A stretch of DNA of 61,549 nucleotides, counting the filler, from Choristocarpus tenellus KU-1152 (lineage: Eukaryota > Protista > Phaeophyceae): NCBI GenBank assembly GCA_964200185.2. It is 13 parts of 13 records of this genome, joined end to end, with 100 filler letters (N's around TTAATTAATTAA, not from the genome) between each part and the next. Parts side by side here need not be neighbours in the genome. Positions count along the whole stretch, not along the records: positions 7,790 to 15,539 come from CAXNAD020005645.1; positions 15,640 to 18,243 come from CAXNAD020026359.1; positions 18,344 to 23,292 come from CAXNAD020012415.1; positions 23,393 to 28,468 come from CAXNAD020011952.1; 9 more parts are not named here. One strand, given 5' to 3'. This document shows positions 11,164-24,078 of the stretch, in pieces. A program made the position numbers and the translations under genes. The stretch's first letter is position 1. Every line of letters starts with the position of its first letter. The notes under the pieces were generated by a model. It did not search any database. It was not told the DNA's origin and saw only the letters and a list, made by a program, of their open reading frames with translations.

Positions 11164-13166
11164 TGTAATCATGCCCGCCCCATCCAAGCGATTACTACTA
11201 GCAAGTACTTCAGAGTACACACACATACGCTTTCAAAAACAGTAAGATACAAATCACATGTATCCTTACTGTAATGCACATCTCTTCCCCACCCCTTAGT
11301 TCTCTCTCAGTTTCACTGCATGCCTTCTTCACCCCTCCTCTTCCTCTCATCCCATCCTACCCCCCTACCTGCACCAGACGCTCCTCCATAAGCACAGCTC
11401 TGATACATGCTTCCAGGCACTTGCACATCAAGCACTGGCGTACCCACCCCCTCGCCCTTCCCACTGCCGTTGACAGCTGGATTGATGATGCCACAGCCCC
11501 CACAGTGTTCCTCACGCTTGCCTTCCCCCTCTGTACCTCACGAGGGGACTGTTCCCTCCATAGTGATCCTTTTGCCTTCACTGTTGGGGGCATGGGGGCT
11601 TGGGAGGGGAGGCGCTCAATGCGTTCAAGCATGGCCCAGAAAGGCAGTGTGCCTGTGGAGGAGTGGAGTGTGTGGGGCAAGGTAAGATAGAGCTTAGGGG
11701 GAGAGGCAACCTTGATTATTGATTGGTTCATGGTTGTGGAAGGTGTAAAAGCTAAGTGGTGCTCAGTAATCAAAGGGGAGCTATTTTCCCACCTGAGAAA
11801 AGATGTGGATAGAGGAGGGGAGGGGAAAGGAATGCTATTGTATTCTCGTAGGACAAGTAGTACAAGAGTTCACTGAAGTCTCATCTATTATTACTTGTTT
11901 CATAGGGTTAAAGACCCCTAATAAATGACACCCACCCACAAGATCAGGGGGTCCTTCAGGTTGTGTGAGGATTAGGGAGACACTAGACTTCATCAAAGAG
12001 GTCTTAAGCAACGACCACAAAAGTATATGGAATTCAAATATGTTGCTGATTTGCATTACGCCTACCAGTCATCCTGGCAACACACCATGGTGGTATATGT
12101 TCACAAGAGGCATCACAGCAAGAAAAAAGAACTTCACCAGTTGAAATTTGAAAACGTGCAAACGCTATGGTTGTGTGACGTAGGCTCGAGGCTTTGGGGT
12201 TCGAGGATGTGTCCCCCGGCCCGATGTCAAATAGAATCTACACACAACAAAGTAGAGGGCGACAAGAGACAGGCATCTTCCCACGGTGCTAAAGTATTCT
12301 TGAAGGCATTGCTGCATTTGAATGTATTCCTCGCCAGATCGATATTCCACTAGGCATGACATTGGAAGATAAGGACGACAACCCATGGCATCAGCTTGTC
12401 CACAAGAATGGACTAATCAAGACGTTAAAAATAAGCACAACAAATCTCTCTGAAATCTCCCGTCTCTGTCAGACTCACCTCCCAGCTCTTTTGTCCTTAT
12501 GCCATGGAACAAACATTGTTCCAGAGCTAAACACAGGCCTCTGACCTCGGGAGTGTCTCCCTGAAGAAGCACCTCCGGTATCCCACCTGAGGCTTTGTTC
12601 TTCTGTTCTGAAACTACTCCTGTGAGTCTAGCCTGGAGTGTCACTAGGCTTTGGATTGTCTCTTTGAGGTACCCCACAACCCTAGCTCGTGTGCTAGCCC
12701 TCTGCAGTGTAAAGAGAGGAGAGACAAGAGGGATGCGCGGAGCAAAGGAGTGGAGTAGGAATTCCATTGGGAAATGGGTTTTAGTACCTAGAATGATAAA
12801 TGGATCGTAAGCGATGGGGCGAAGCCTAGCACCTATAGTGAAAGTGAAGGTAGAGGGTAAGAACCATCAAAGCAACGTTCCTTGTTTGTTTTTCTCGTAC
12901 ACTGATATCATTATTGAGACACGGCCCACCCGACGCAACATCCCAACACCTGCAGGCACACACCCACATCTCTGGGAAACAGCCAGGAGCCCCGAAATAC
13001 TCACTGCTCGAAGCCAGTGCCACTACTGACGAATTGAAACCATAACAAGTCACTTCGACACTTCACCAACCTGTCGGACCAAGGCTTGCTGACCCTTTTC
13101 ATTCGCCGTGACAGGCACACTGGTCCCGGCATTGAAGAAATTCGATACGAAGCCTTGCAAACTCAT
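7941..13166 (-). CDS. RUN-domain protein, 5' part (4 exons; continues beyond the contig)
   Basis: Exons 13166-13071, 12701-12479, 11652-11369 and 8198-7941, all GT-AG and phase-consistent. RUN motifs: LCLALEQCLFHG, LPFWAML, GRARGWVRQCL, TFYEPTGLLR, LCASLEKFDFAI. Confidence 0.9.
9014..9278 (+). mobile_element. MITE family A copy (in RUN gene intron)
   Basis: GAGTGAAAGTATCT...CCCTCTAAGATTTATTTGAATC, with a shared ~260-bp interior and TSD ATAG/ATAG. Confidence 0.9.
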
Positions 13167-13479
13167 CACCACCCAATCGCTCCTCGTCCACCTTTGGGGC
13201 ACTTTCCATTCCGTGCCAGGTTCAATTTGGTTAGTACTTGTAAATTGTGTTGATAGTTTTCAATTTGGGATGTAATAGTTGTACAAGAGTTACTACTCCA
13301 ACAATATATATATACCTTACACCTTTATATAATAATTGTGCGTAACAAATAGTACGTCAAAATATCCGGTAGCACTCTGTGGCGCTACAGTAGTGGTTGA
13401 CCTTCCACATCTCTCCCTAAATTTACACTGACAACATCTGGTTCATCAAGTTCCGATCGAGCGTGGGTTTGTACTCACG

Positions 13480-13833
13480 ATGTCCCCCATAAGAACATTG
13501 GGGAGTTTAGTATTGGGAAACCTTGCCTTGGGCGAGGCATTTGTGGGATCGCCTGCCGTGGTAGGACGAGGTGTCAATGTTGCTGGTGATGGCTGGACCG
13601 AAGGGGTGAGCAACTTCCAACAAGAGTGTGGGTCGAGAAAACATGCAGGATCTTTTCCGACAATGTTGGAAACCGTTAGATTAGAAAACAGACGACCGTC
13701 TCCACTTGAAGCTACAGAGAGTGGTGGCGAGGGAGAGCAGGCTGACAGCATGAAGAACCTTGCGAAACTGGGAATATCTCTCATCATTGATCTCATCGGC
13801 ATGTCGTCATACGCGATCCCTGGTCTAGGAGAG
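13480..13833 (+). CDS. First exon of a probable plastid-targeted small membrane protein of unknown function
   Basis: Signal peptide ending GEA-F (ASAFAP-like), a transit-like region, then KLGISLIIDLIGMSSYAIPGLGE followed by a gtgagg donor at 13834. Later exons not found. Confidence 0.7.
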
Positions 13834-15498
13834 GTGAGGAATGTTGTCCACATGCTATATTCTTCTCCTAGGTTAATGCATCAGTTATGGAGCCCCTCAC
13901 TCCCTTCCTTCTCTCATCAATCATTGCGTTTATGACCACTATGAGTATTGACCCCTTAAACAACAATCTATCCAGTCTTAGCGATAGTCTTATCGATGGA
14001 TCTTCTTGCTCAAGTTTGATGTCAAAAGTGTCGTTGTATGGTCCTGTATGCGATATCTCCCTCCTACCTAGCCAACTGTAACCTCCCGCTTTTATTTTCT
14101 TGAACATATCCACGCAGATCGTGGGGAACAGATGACATTGAGCGCCTTCAACTTGGCAGCTATGTCACAATTTCCCCTTGTTCTCGGCATTGTCGCGCAC
14201 TGATAGATCTCCCAAGCTTGTTACAGGATTTGTGTTAAAATATCCACAATTTAGACTCGCATAATAAACTCCGTGTTGAACGAGGCGAAGCAACCAACCC
14301 ATAACCCTGTTCCCATTGGAATCGATATCGTTTTATCAAGCTCCATTGTGTTTCATGTTTTCGGGAATACCCCCTGTAGGAACTTTCCCTTTGTGCTTAA
14401 ATGTAGGACCCACTCAAGAGCTGTGTAGCAGGAAATCTACTGTGAAAGAGCATTACTTTGTGGTGGGTAGGGTTCACCCTGTGCGATGAGGTAGTGTTAC
14501 CATGTACATACCCTCGGAAGACCTGCGTAGATGTCTGGGCATTGGATGGAACGTAACTCTCAAAGTCAGATCAATCTACTTTGATAACCAGAACGTTCTA
14601 CGTGCAAAATTGGCCTTGGAGCTCTGAGCTCTGTTTATGGTGAATTGTTGACTTAACAGGAAACTACGAGACCTCCTACTCAATTTTCGCGGTACATTCA
14701 GTTATCTTTCCAACTGGTGATGATACCATTTCGTACGTTTGGAAGGTGTTCGCCCTTTTTTTGTATATGATTGTCATTTTGACAATCGCCTTTAACCACC
14801 TAGTAGTTCCATAGGTGTCGCATGTACAGGTAAACTCCAGTGAACTTTGTCACTTGTTCGGGGGGATGGGGACTTCAGGGTGGGAAAGAGACTAGGCGTT
14901 CTTATGGCGGCATTTGTTGATTATTGCACCAAAAATAGTATTGAATGCGTCCCCTCTTGGGGACTGGTGCTATCAAATGCATGTGTCCAATGTAGCATGA
15001 GAAGGTCGTCAATAGGAGGTGTGGCAGTGTGTGCACACAACATAGCACAGTAATGTAACAGTAAATGCCACAGTAGTCTCATGATGCACCTGCACGCTTC
15101 TTTGACAGTAGTGAGTTGATCTCAATAGCTGGGAGACAGGCGGTAACCTCATAGTAGCTGCAAAACCTTGGACCTCCTTTTTGTTTTGCTTTTTGCGGGG
15201 GAAACCTCGGTTGAGGAGATGTTTGTATTCCCTTGTGAAAATGGCTTTCGGCAGTGCATTAATGATCGGCACCGCTTGTTGACTCTACCTTCCTGCGAAT
15301 TTCACCAACCACTGTGTAGTATTTCCTCTAAGTAGTGTATTAGCACCCCTATATACTTCAAGTTTTTATGCATATTCACACAGTACGTCATGATTTATAT
15401 CTTAGAGCATTAAATACCACTACATACTACTTCCAAGCACAACCACACTTTGCACCACTTTGTCCTTGAGATGTTACCTATCACACAACCTCCATGTA

Positions 15499-15529
<31 letters not shown>

Positions 15530-15730
15530 CCCATTTTTCNNNNNNNNNNNNNNNNNNNNNNNNNNNNNNNNNNNNNNNNNNNNTTAATTAATTAANNNNN
15601 NNNNNNNNNNNNNNNNNNNNNNNNNNNNNNNNNNNNNNNTGTTTGTGGGTATGGTGGGGGGGGGTGGTGTTGGTGTTGGGGGGGGGGGGGGGGTTCAGGT
15701 TATCCTGTTTTTCGGTGTTTGGTGCATCAG

Positions 15731-15834
15731 GTGAAGCAGCGCCTTGAAGTTGTTCCGGTGAAGGAGATGAGGGAGGTTATGATGTGCTGGGCTATGCCCC
15801 CAGTGGACAAACACTTCCGAAGCAAACCCCACAG
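15731..15834 (+). CDS. Internal exon of an insulinase-family (M16A, IDE/nardilysin-like) metallopeptidase
   Basis: cag|VKQRLEVVPVKEMREVMMCWAMPPVDKHFRSKPH-AG|gtaag, matching the M16A VPVKxxRxLxxxWxxP...KP segment. Confidence 0.75.
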
Positions 15835-18800
15835 GTAAGAACAATCAGATTGGTGTCCACTCTTGTAACTGACGAGACTCAGGTGACAAGACATGCTGAG
15901 CGTGTGATTGATGAGCACTACCTTGCTACTACTGTTGTGGTCCGATTTGCCATGGTTTTCGGTGAAATTGAGAGGCGTAGTGTGCACTGCTGCAAAACGA
16001 TGTGTTTTTTTTTTAATGAGACTGATCTTCTTGGTTCTCAGGGTGTAGCACCCCATGGCGTATGCTCCGGTTCGTGTTTAGAATATCAGTAGCTAGGACA
16101 TCTATCAGGCAAGCAAGCAGTATCCCTTGGGGAGGGATAGTTTTTGGATAGTATCCCCTTGGGAATAGTTCGACTCTTGACCTGGTTCGCGCCCGATACT
16201 ACCATCAGAAGCTGATGTATTGGTTATCACTCTGCCGCTGTTTGTCCCTCTCCCTGCACTAGCTGTTCCCGGCGGGAAGGGGTCTCCTCCCTCCCTCTGG
16301 AGGAGTAGGTAGGTGAGGTGAAAGAGGTTAGTAAGTAGGGTTAAGGTTAGGGTTAGGGGAGAGCTGTACGCAATCGTTTTGAAATGAAATCTCTCCTGCT
16401 TTTTTTGAAAAGAACCTGCCACCTGCCACTCCTGATGATGCAAGACTTGAGGTGGACAAAGTTTAACGGTGGACTAATACGGCATAGTAGAGTGTACTAG
16501 TACTAGTAGTAGTACTAGTACTAGTAGTACAGTATCAACCACTCTAATCAATGCAGCCGTTGGAGTGTAGGTGGGAAGGAGTGTAGTCTAGCCTCCATTT
16601 CTTTTGGTCTGTTGATATCTGGTCTGGTACTTGGGCTAGCTAAGACTCTAGCTAAGATGCGGCGGTGGTCATCATCTTCCTCTCTCTCTCTCTCTCATTG
16701 CGATATTTTATTTTTATATTTTTCGATAGTTCTTCCACCAATCGAGAAGAGGATTACACGCAGTCACAATAATAATAATAATAATAAATGAAGTACGTTG
16801 CAGAGGGTGTGTATTTGTTGTTTTTTGTGACAGTATGTTACAGTGCATAGAGCACCTATTTATTGTCTCCACTACAAGTGTTTGATCAAACAAAAAGGCG
16901 CCTGTACTACATAGACTTCCTTGCCTTATGGACCGTTTGTTTGGGGTTAGCCCTAACCCTGTACAGTGAGTAGTGCGTTGAATATTGATTCAGAAAAAAT
17001 TGGCCCCCTGAAAAAAGGAAAGAACTGAAGCAGTGCCAGGGTTGAGGTTTGAACAGTATATGCCTTGATGTAGTGGTCGATGCACGGGGAGTCATAGTCC
17101 AATGTGAAGTCACAGGGGCCTCTCAGAGCCAGAGTCTGAAGGCCTGTTGAGGGGAAGGTCATGGGCTTGACACATGGAGATGGAAGTGGTGGAAGTGGAT
17201 TGTGACCTTTGTGGTTCAAGGCATTGCAGCAACAGGCAAGGGAGGGGTGTGGGGGGTGACGGGCAACACTTTCTTTTTGTTTTTTTCTGTTTGAAGGCGA
17301 TCCCAAGAGGTGTTGCATTGAAGGGTTAGGGGAGTTGGGTCGAGAGGTCAGGGATGAATTTGATGGATGAGATATAAAAATAAAAAGAGGACACTTCCAG
17401 AATGAGGAAAAATGATAGTTTTTTTCAAATATATATATATATATTGTGACTGAGGAGAGCATCAGCAAGAGAGGTAGTTTGTTTAGTATCGGAGGAAGTT
17501 TACCTGGTGATATAAAGTAATTGAATGTGCTGTGGAAGTGAAGCATGCAATGATTGATTGGGATCTTTGTCTGGGATGCTTGGAGAGATTGTGTTGGGTC
17601 AAGACTGGAGGCAGGTAGATGGCGCTTAGGAGTTGGGGCTTGATTGTGTTGCTTGTAAATGCGAATTTTTATGGGTTTTTTTAGGGTTAAGGTTAGGGTT
17701 GTAGACTGGGCCTTGCGAGGTGGTGAATATCAGACTGGCTCTATTGGGTGGAGATTGTCTTTTGGAATATATTTTGGGTCCTTGCAGATGCGTTTTCTTA
17801 GGCCTTGGATGGCGAGTATTTTGGTGAGTTTGGCATTTACAAAGTGTAACTGCCGACTGAGAGTAGGTGGAAATAGTGGTGAGTTCAGTTGCCCCCAACG
17901 CCAAAAATAAACAGGAACATTACTTGACACCCATTTTTTGGAACAAGGGGGGGAAGGGCATCCCATGTTATCCGGATCGAGGTGTACAAGTAACTAACAA
18001 CTAACCCTAATCACGAAGACTTTACTGAACCAAGGCTCTTCTTAGGGCAATGCATGTGGGATGGTGGCCGTTAATTTATTTCCTTGAGAAATGGAGGCGT
18101 ATTGGGTCGTTCCGTCTGGCATTACATCCTCCATATCCTCCCCTCTTCACCTTGTTTTTTTTTTTTGGGGGGGGGGGGGCGGGTTAGGGGTAGGGGAAGA
18201 AAAAGAAGGGTGTCCAGAGTGAAAGGGGGAGGGGCAACGCCACNNNNNNNNNNNNNNNNNNNNNNNNNNNNNNNNNNNNNNNNNNNNTTAATTAATTAAN
18301 NNNNNNNNNNNNNNNNNNNNNNNNNNNNNNNNNNNNNNNNNNNGTGGTGAGAAAGGTGACGGAACATGTATGTGCCAATGCAACTTGTATATCCTGGTGT
18401 GAACTTGATGAAAGAATCAAGGAAATGTATGCCGTGGATGCTCCTATCGATCTTAGCTTTCGCAAATTTCCTATTCATCAAACCTGTAGGGTCGTGTTCT
18501 ATCCCACACCCAGCATACCGTGGTGTTGATGTGGTTGAGGATGTAAATGACGGTTGTTGGTCGGTGGTAAGATGGACATAATGGTAATGAATCCCTTCTG
18601 CCAAGTTGGTTCGAAAACAAGTCGTATAGAGGAAACCATGCGCTAAACCCCATTCGAGTCTATGCACTTGGCTGTCACGAATAAGAGTCTGCACCCCACT
18701 CGCTATCTCCAAACGGCTGTAGAAATTTGAAGTTGTCATACGCTTTTGACCTAAATGATCGTCCATATGCTTGCAATGGTAGGTTCTATATATTAGTACA

Positions 18801-18999
18801 CATAAAATCCTTCCCGATCAGGTCAATCTCTCACAATATCTCTAGGCATATATATTGCTTGTTGCTGAGCGCTGACATTTGTGTGAAACGTAGTAAATAT
18901 TGCAACTATCACAGATAGCAATATGTCTGCAACCTACCCAGTGCTCACAGATCCGCGACAAGGGGAAGTTGGAGGATTGAACAGCAGATTTCAAAAATT

Positions 19000-19123
19000 G
19001 AGGATGGGCTTGGCCCAAAATTGACTGGGATAAAGTGTCGATATGTATTTAAAAAAAAATGACAATACAAAAAAAAACATATCGACACTTTATCCCAGTC
19101 AATTTTGGGTCAAGCTCATCCTC
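19000..19123. mobile_element. MITE family C: 124-bp fold-back element
   Basis: GAGGATGGGCTTGGCCCAAAATTGACTGGGATAAAGTGTCGATATGT ... ACATATCGACACTTTATCCCAGTCAATTTTGGGTCAAGCTCATCCTC, giving ~47-bp arms with 2 mismatches. Flanks AATT/AATG. A related terminus occurs at 53797. Confidence 0.8.
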
Positions 19124-21050
19124 AATGAAAAGCTCCCTCAATTTTTGGAATCTGCTGTTATTGGGAGTCCCGTATTGCAGAAGCACCTGGTGGGAAGCTG
19201 TATCTCTTCTTCTATTTGCAGCATCTCACATCGTATCATGGGAGTGAGAGTTTTTTGGGTACGGAAAAGGTGGTGTACCGTAGTAAGTGGTAGTGTCCCT
19301 TCTCAGCTTTGGTAACAAGTTGGCCGGTCCTATGTGGGCATTTCTGCTTTGCAATCAACCAGCATTTTTGTCAGAAGAAGAATGGGAGGTACAATCCACC
19401 CATGTTATGTGAATACTTACTGGGGAGAAAGTCAGTTTTACAGATTGGCCAGTTGCAAGCTTTGCACTGACCATATCTTGCTTTTGACCAATTCCAGTGG
19501 ATAGGTACATAATATGTATTTAGACACGAATGATAATAACTTTTTCGTGTGGTAGGGTTTCCAACATATTAAATTGTGTTCCTACCATTTATTCAACGAT
19601 TTAAGTGTGGCTACGAATGGGTGATCGTATTCCATGGTCTGCAGCCCTACCCCTTTACATACATTGAGGCTAATTTTTGTTGGATTCCACATGGATGTAC
19701 ACAATCATGAGAGGTAAAGGGAGTGAAGGTATTGGCGTTAAGTATGTCCAATCAGAAAGTTTACATTTTTTCAAATATATTTGCAGTTGAATGGACCTTG
19801 GTCTTGTCGTAAGCTTGATTAACCTCCCTGCAATTCATAGCATCAAGCACAAACTTGAATATGAAGTTTATCCTTGAGGGAGTTGAGGTAAACCATGATG
19901 AAAGATACGGTTTAAGAGAGATATATGACTGTGGGTTTAGGGGTTCTGGTTCGGTTCAACCAGCGAAGTGGAACAATAGAACAACTCAATGGAGATGGGG
20001 AGAAGCTGTACCCATCAACCACAGATTTGCAGGAGTGTACATTCATTCTCCGTTGTGCCCAAAATATATATTTTTCGCTTCTTATCATTCGTACATAAAG
20101 CCAGAAATGAATGTAAAATATATTGTATACTAAAATCATCTCCTGTGAAATACACTGTGCATCACTTCATGTTGGAGTATGCTCAACCACAACAAAACCA
20201 TTGCAACCATCTTACTCGTAAGTGTGTGTTGACTTCTCAAACAGGGCCAAACTAGCAATTGGTTACCTTTAAAAAAAGGTGATATTTGCGGCAACTAAGG
20301 AGCATATCTCAGTCAGACTCAATCAAACTGGTGGTGCAGTGGTGCACTTCAATATGCGCATTCCTTGGTGCACTTTGAGGGCTGTAAGGAAAGTAATGTC
20401 TCACTTGCCAGGATAGAGAGTATGTGAGTTCAATACATGACCTCTCCACCTCTTGCACATGGGGTGTTACCTCAGTTCCTAGTAATCACAGTATCTTTGG
20501 TTTTTATTCTGAGATTTAACGCTAACCTTTTTGGAGTAAGAAGTACTGTGAAAATGAGTAAGGTAAGATGCTGTTTTCTCACCCTAAGGAGTTTGTCGCC
20601 TATCAAAAATTCAACTCTTGTCATTAAAAGAGTTAGAGTGAACTTCCATCTTCTTCCCATTATACACCATAGACATATTTTTATTGTTGATTTTAGTTCT
20701 TAGTAAGATAAGGCAGTAAAGGTCAAGCTCATCTCTAAGACACAAATACTGTAGTATTCTTTCTATGCAACAAAAAGAGAGTCAATGCTAATAAAGAATA
20801 TGGCTAATTAAAGCCTATCATTCTACAACAAAACAGGTTTGTTTCCATCCTGCAACTTCATTCAAGAATAGTCAAAGAATAAAATAAATGCAGAGAAGAA
20901 TCACTTGATGAGCACATTCGATTCAACCACTCTGGCTCCAGCAAACAAGAAAACAAGTCCATCCAGCATCCAAAGGAGATGGCGTCCAAACATCATACAG
21001 ACTCCCCATTACCTTTCTCCCCCTTGATTCTCCTCAGCAGGGCTCTTAGT

Positions 21051-22692
21051 CTATTCTTCTTCAACCACCACACTACTGCTGAATTTGGCAAGAAGCTCCT
21101 TCTCCACATTCTAGAAGGACAATGCAGGAAATTTTGTTGTGGTTGTTAGGGCACTCGGCATCAAATCAATAATCACACTCTTCAACAAACTAATCAATAC
21201 ACAAGACCACAAGAAAGCAAAAAACCTACCATAAGTTGAGTTCCTTTTCAAAATTATTGATCATCTCTACTTTGTGTAACAAAGTAACAGATGGGGAATT
21301 ATACTCTTACACGACGACATTCTTTTTACATTCTCGTATACCAATCACAATCAGCATATTTGTACCAAGAGGTGGTAATCAATATTAAATCTTTCTTTAT
21401 TGAAAGTCCATTTTCATTTCAACACCCTCTCTGATGATTGATTGCCTTAAAGGTTTAAGCCAAATAGGATAACTGATTAGAGCAGTTGCTAAAAAGAAAA
21501 CAGATGGATATATAAAATCTATTATCCCTTTATAGCTTGCTTTTGCCACTTCGGGCATTGTATGTATTGCAAAATATGTAGAAAAAATAGAAAATATTCC
21601 AAAATATAGGTCCTTCTAAGTTTCTCTTTACGCATTCTATGAAGCTGTTTAACAGTTGAATAGTCTTTAATTCCAACCCAACCTCTTGATTGTTTCAAAA
21701 TATAATGACTAGAAAATAAAAATATAATATTTACTGCCATACCAGGGGTAACACTGCCAGACAGTCAGGTCAAATACGCATTATTGCTCCTTTGTCTGCT
21801 AGTTGCTTCCTCACCTGAGGCACAAAGTCATACTTCGCCAGCTGCATGGAGTAGTTGGCACGACCCTTTGTTGATGAACGCAAGGTTGATACATACTGTG
21901 AAAAGGGAAACAGGAGATAACACAAGTCAGATGGGGTGCGCAGGAAGAGTAACATACTGAAAGATGTTATGTGGTTGTCGGGGAAGTAAGGTTTCTTGTG
22001 AGTTGAGTTTTGATTTGATGCGTCTACCAGTCTTTTCACCATAGTTCTAGACAGCAGACAAGTGAAAGTACAGGGCAAGTTAAGAGCGTTAATGGTCGTA
22101 GCAGTGAAGGCAACTGACCAATGAACAGGTAACCATTCCAAACAAAACAAGCAAATGCTCGCTGGTGAACAGCCTTTCCTGTTGAAGTTGGACCCTCTAA
22201 TGCCTCTGTGCAGTATAATTCGCCGAAATGCCTGCTGACTGTGAATTTGTTCATCTTGAAAACACACTTCTTACAGAACAATAAGATATCTACTCTCCTA
22301 GGACCACAAAAGATTCTAACCAACCGCATTAAAATGCAAGATATAAACAGACCTATCAAATCAAGCCCATTAACTTCCATTTATGTTTCAATTAATGCAT
22401 CTCTTTAAAAGGATCTCCAGTAAACGCGCACTTGGCAATCAAATTCCATGCAAGTTCAGAGAGAAAAGTGAGCATAATGAGATCAGAGGCTCCTCCCTCC
22501 TCTTGTCTCCCCAAAACCTGTATCTCAACCCCTCATCATCGATCAAAATACCTGGAACATGTTGGCTAGGGGTACCATGGACTCAATGCTCTTGAGTCCG
22601 TTCCTGTCAGAAATCTCATTGATTTGTCCTCGGCGACCGTTGATGTCCCCAATCACATCCCCCATATACTCTTCTGGTGTGATAACATCCAC
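21051..22692 (-). CDS. fusA: Elongation factor G, plastid type, last three exons (domain V)
   Basis: Exons 22692-22552 ([24 protein letters not shown]...VPLANMFQ), 21895-21815 ([27 protein letters not shown]) and 21110-21051 ([10 protein letters not shown]...stop), all phase 0. The MFQYVSTLR..KGRA signature resembles nucleus-encoded plastid EF-G. Confidence 0.93.
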
Positions 22693-23220
22693 CTAGCCAC
22701 AGTCATCATGGGCAATATAGACAAGTGAAGTTGAATTTAATTCAAAAACTATGAAGCCATCTCCTCACAGAAGTAAGATACACTACAATCACATTATGCT
22801 CACTTTTTTTGCATGGTCGTAGTTGTATATGATTTCCAATAATCTCAATCTTGCCTTGACGTGGAATGCATTAAAGTGATGCTGAAATAGAATAACAATA
22901 CAAAACATGTACCAAGGAGTAATAATTGCACTAAATGCCACTAGATTACCCGCAAGACCTATCCATTTAACTAAAATCTTCTACATCCTCTCTTGAGCAA
23001 CACATTTGCAATCACTTTCAAGAAAACATGCGTTTTTACAATTAAAAAAAAAAACACATTATCACTTCTTCTCATCCCATCCCATCCCCTGGAGCCCTTC
23101 ACTTTTCTCACCACCACAAAATCCATCAAACCAAACCAAATAAATACAACACTTGCAGCACAGCAGACCAATATCAAAACCCACCAGTTACAAACACAAC
23201 AAATCAGTACCTTCCCCCTT

Positions 23221-23251
<31 letters not shown>

Positions 23252-23644
23252 ACAAACACCCCCCCTCCCCCCCCACACCCCCCCCCAGCCCCNNNNNNNN
23301 NNNNNNNNNNNNNNNNNNNNNNNNNNNNNNNNNNNNTTAATTAATTAANNNNNNNNNNNNNNNNNNNNNNNNNNNNNNNNNNNNNNNNNNNNATTTGGTG
23401 GCAATGACACCCCCCTTTGGGTTTTGAAGCTCACTCTCCTTTCTCACACCTTCCTTACTTCATGTAGAACCTGTTCTACATAATGAGGAAATAATCGAGT
23501 TATTCGCATTGGCTTGGGAACACCAATTTCTTTAACCTGCTAGCTAGCACGACTTATTGAATTGTGCTCAATTTCTTTAACACTCCCTAACGCTTGGTAC
23601 CACATGGATGCGTGTGAGAGTGTGGCAGGTATGACTACCACAGC

Positions 23645-24078
23645 CCACGTGGATCAAGATTGAATGTGAAAAGTTCAGAGAGGAAGACCTCACCATTCAA
23701 CACCTTCTGGTACATCCACCTGGGAAGCACCTCTGTCACAAGCAGGGTAGGTGTCAGCATTATAACAAGGCCCTACCCTGGTAGATTGGAGTGCAATAGC
23801 AGTGACATACAGATACCAACTTTTAATATGTCAAGTATTTATGGTGTAGAATCTTATTGATTACACTTCTGGATGTAGTGTGTACCGAGAAGCTTTAACT
23901 TGAAGCAGGACACTTTACCTATTTGTGCCCCCTCCTCCCTCACCCTCCTGTCTGTGGGGGATCCTTGACGTGCCTCTCATTGCTTCTCACTCCCCAACAG
24001 GTTTTGCAGGGTTACGACAAATTTTTGGACCAGGTCTCTCCTGCAGGCAGGTGCTGCGTTGCAAGGAGCACACAGCTG
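23645..24078 (+). CDS. Two candidate exons of an unknown gene
   Basis: 23645-23746 (cag...|gtaggt) and 24001-24078 (ccccaacag...|gtgagt) have good splice signals. The reading frame and family are not established. Confidence 0.3.

Noticed and set aside
13890-15290. Possible decayed non-LTR retrotransposon on the minus strand (HAFDS, LRLDRLL)
   Set aside because: No continuous RT motifs (no YxDD) could be recovered by eye.
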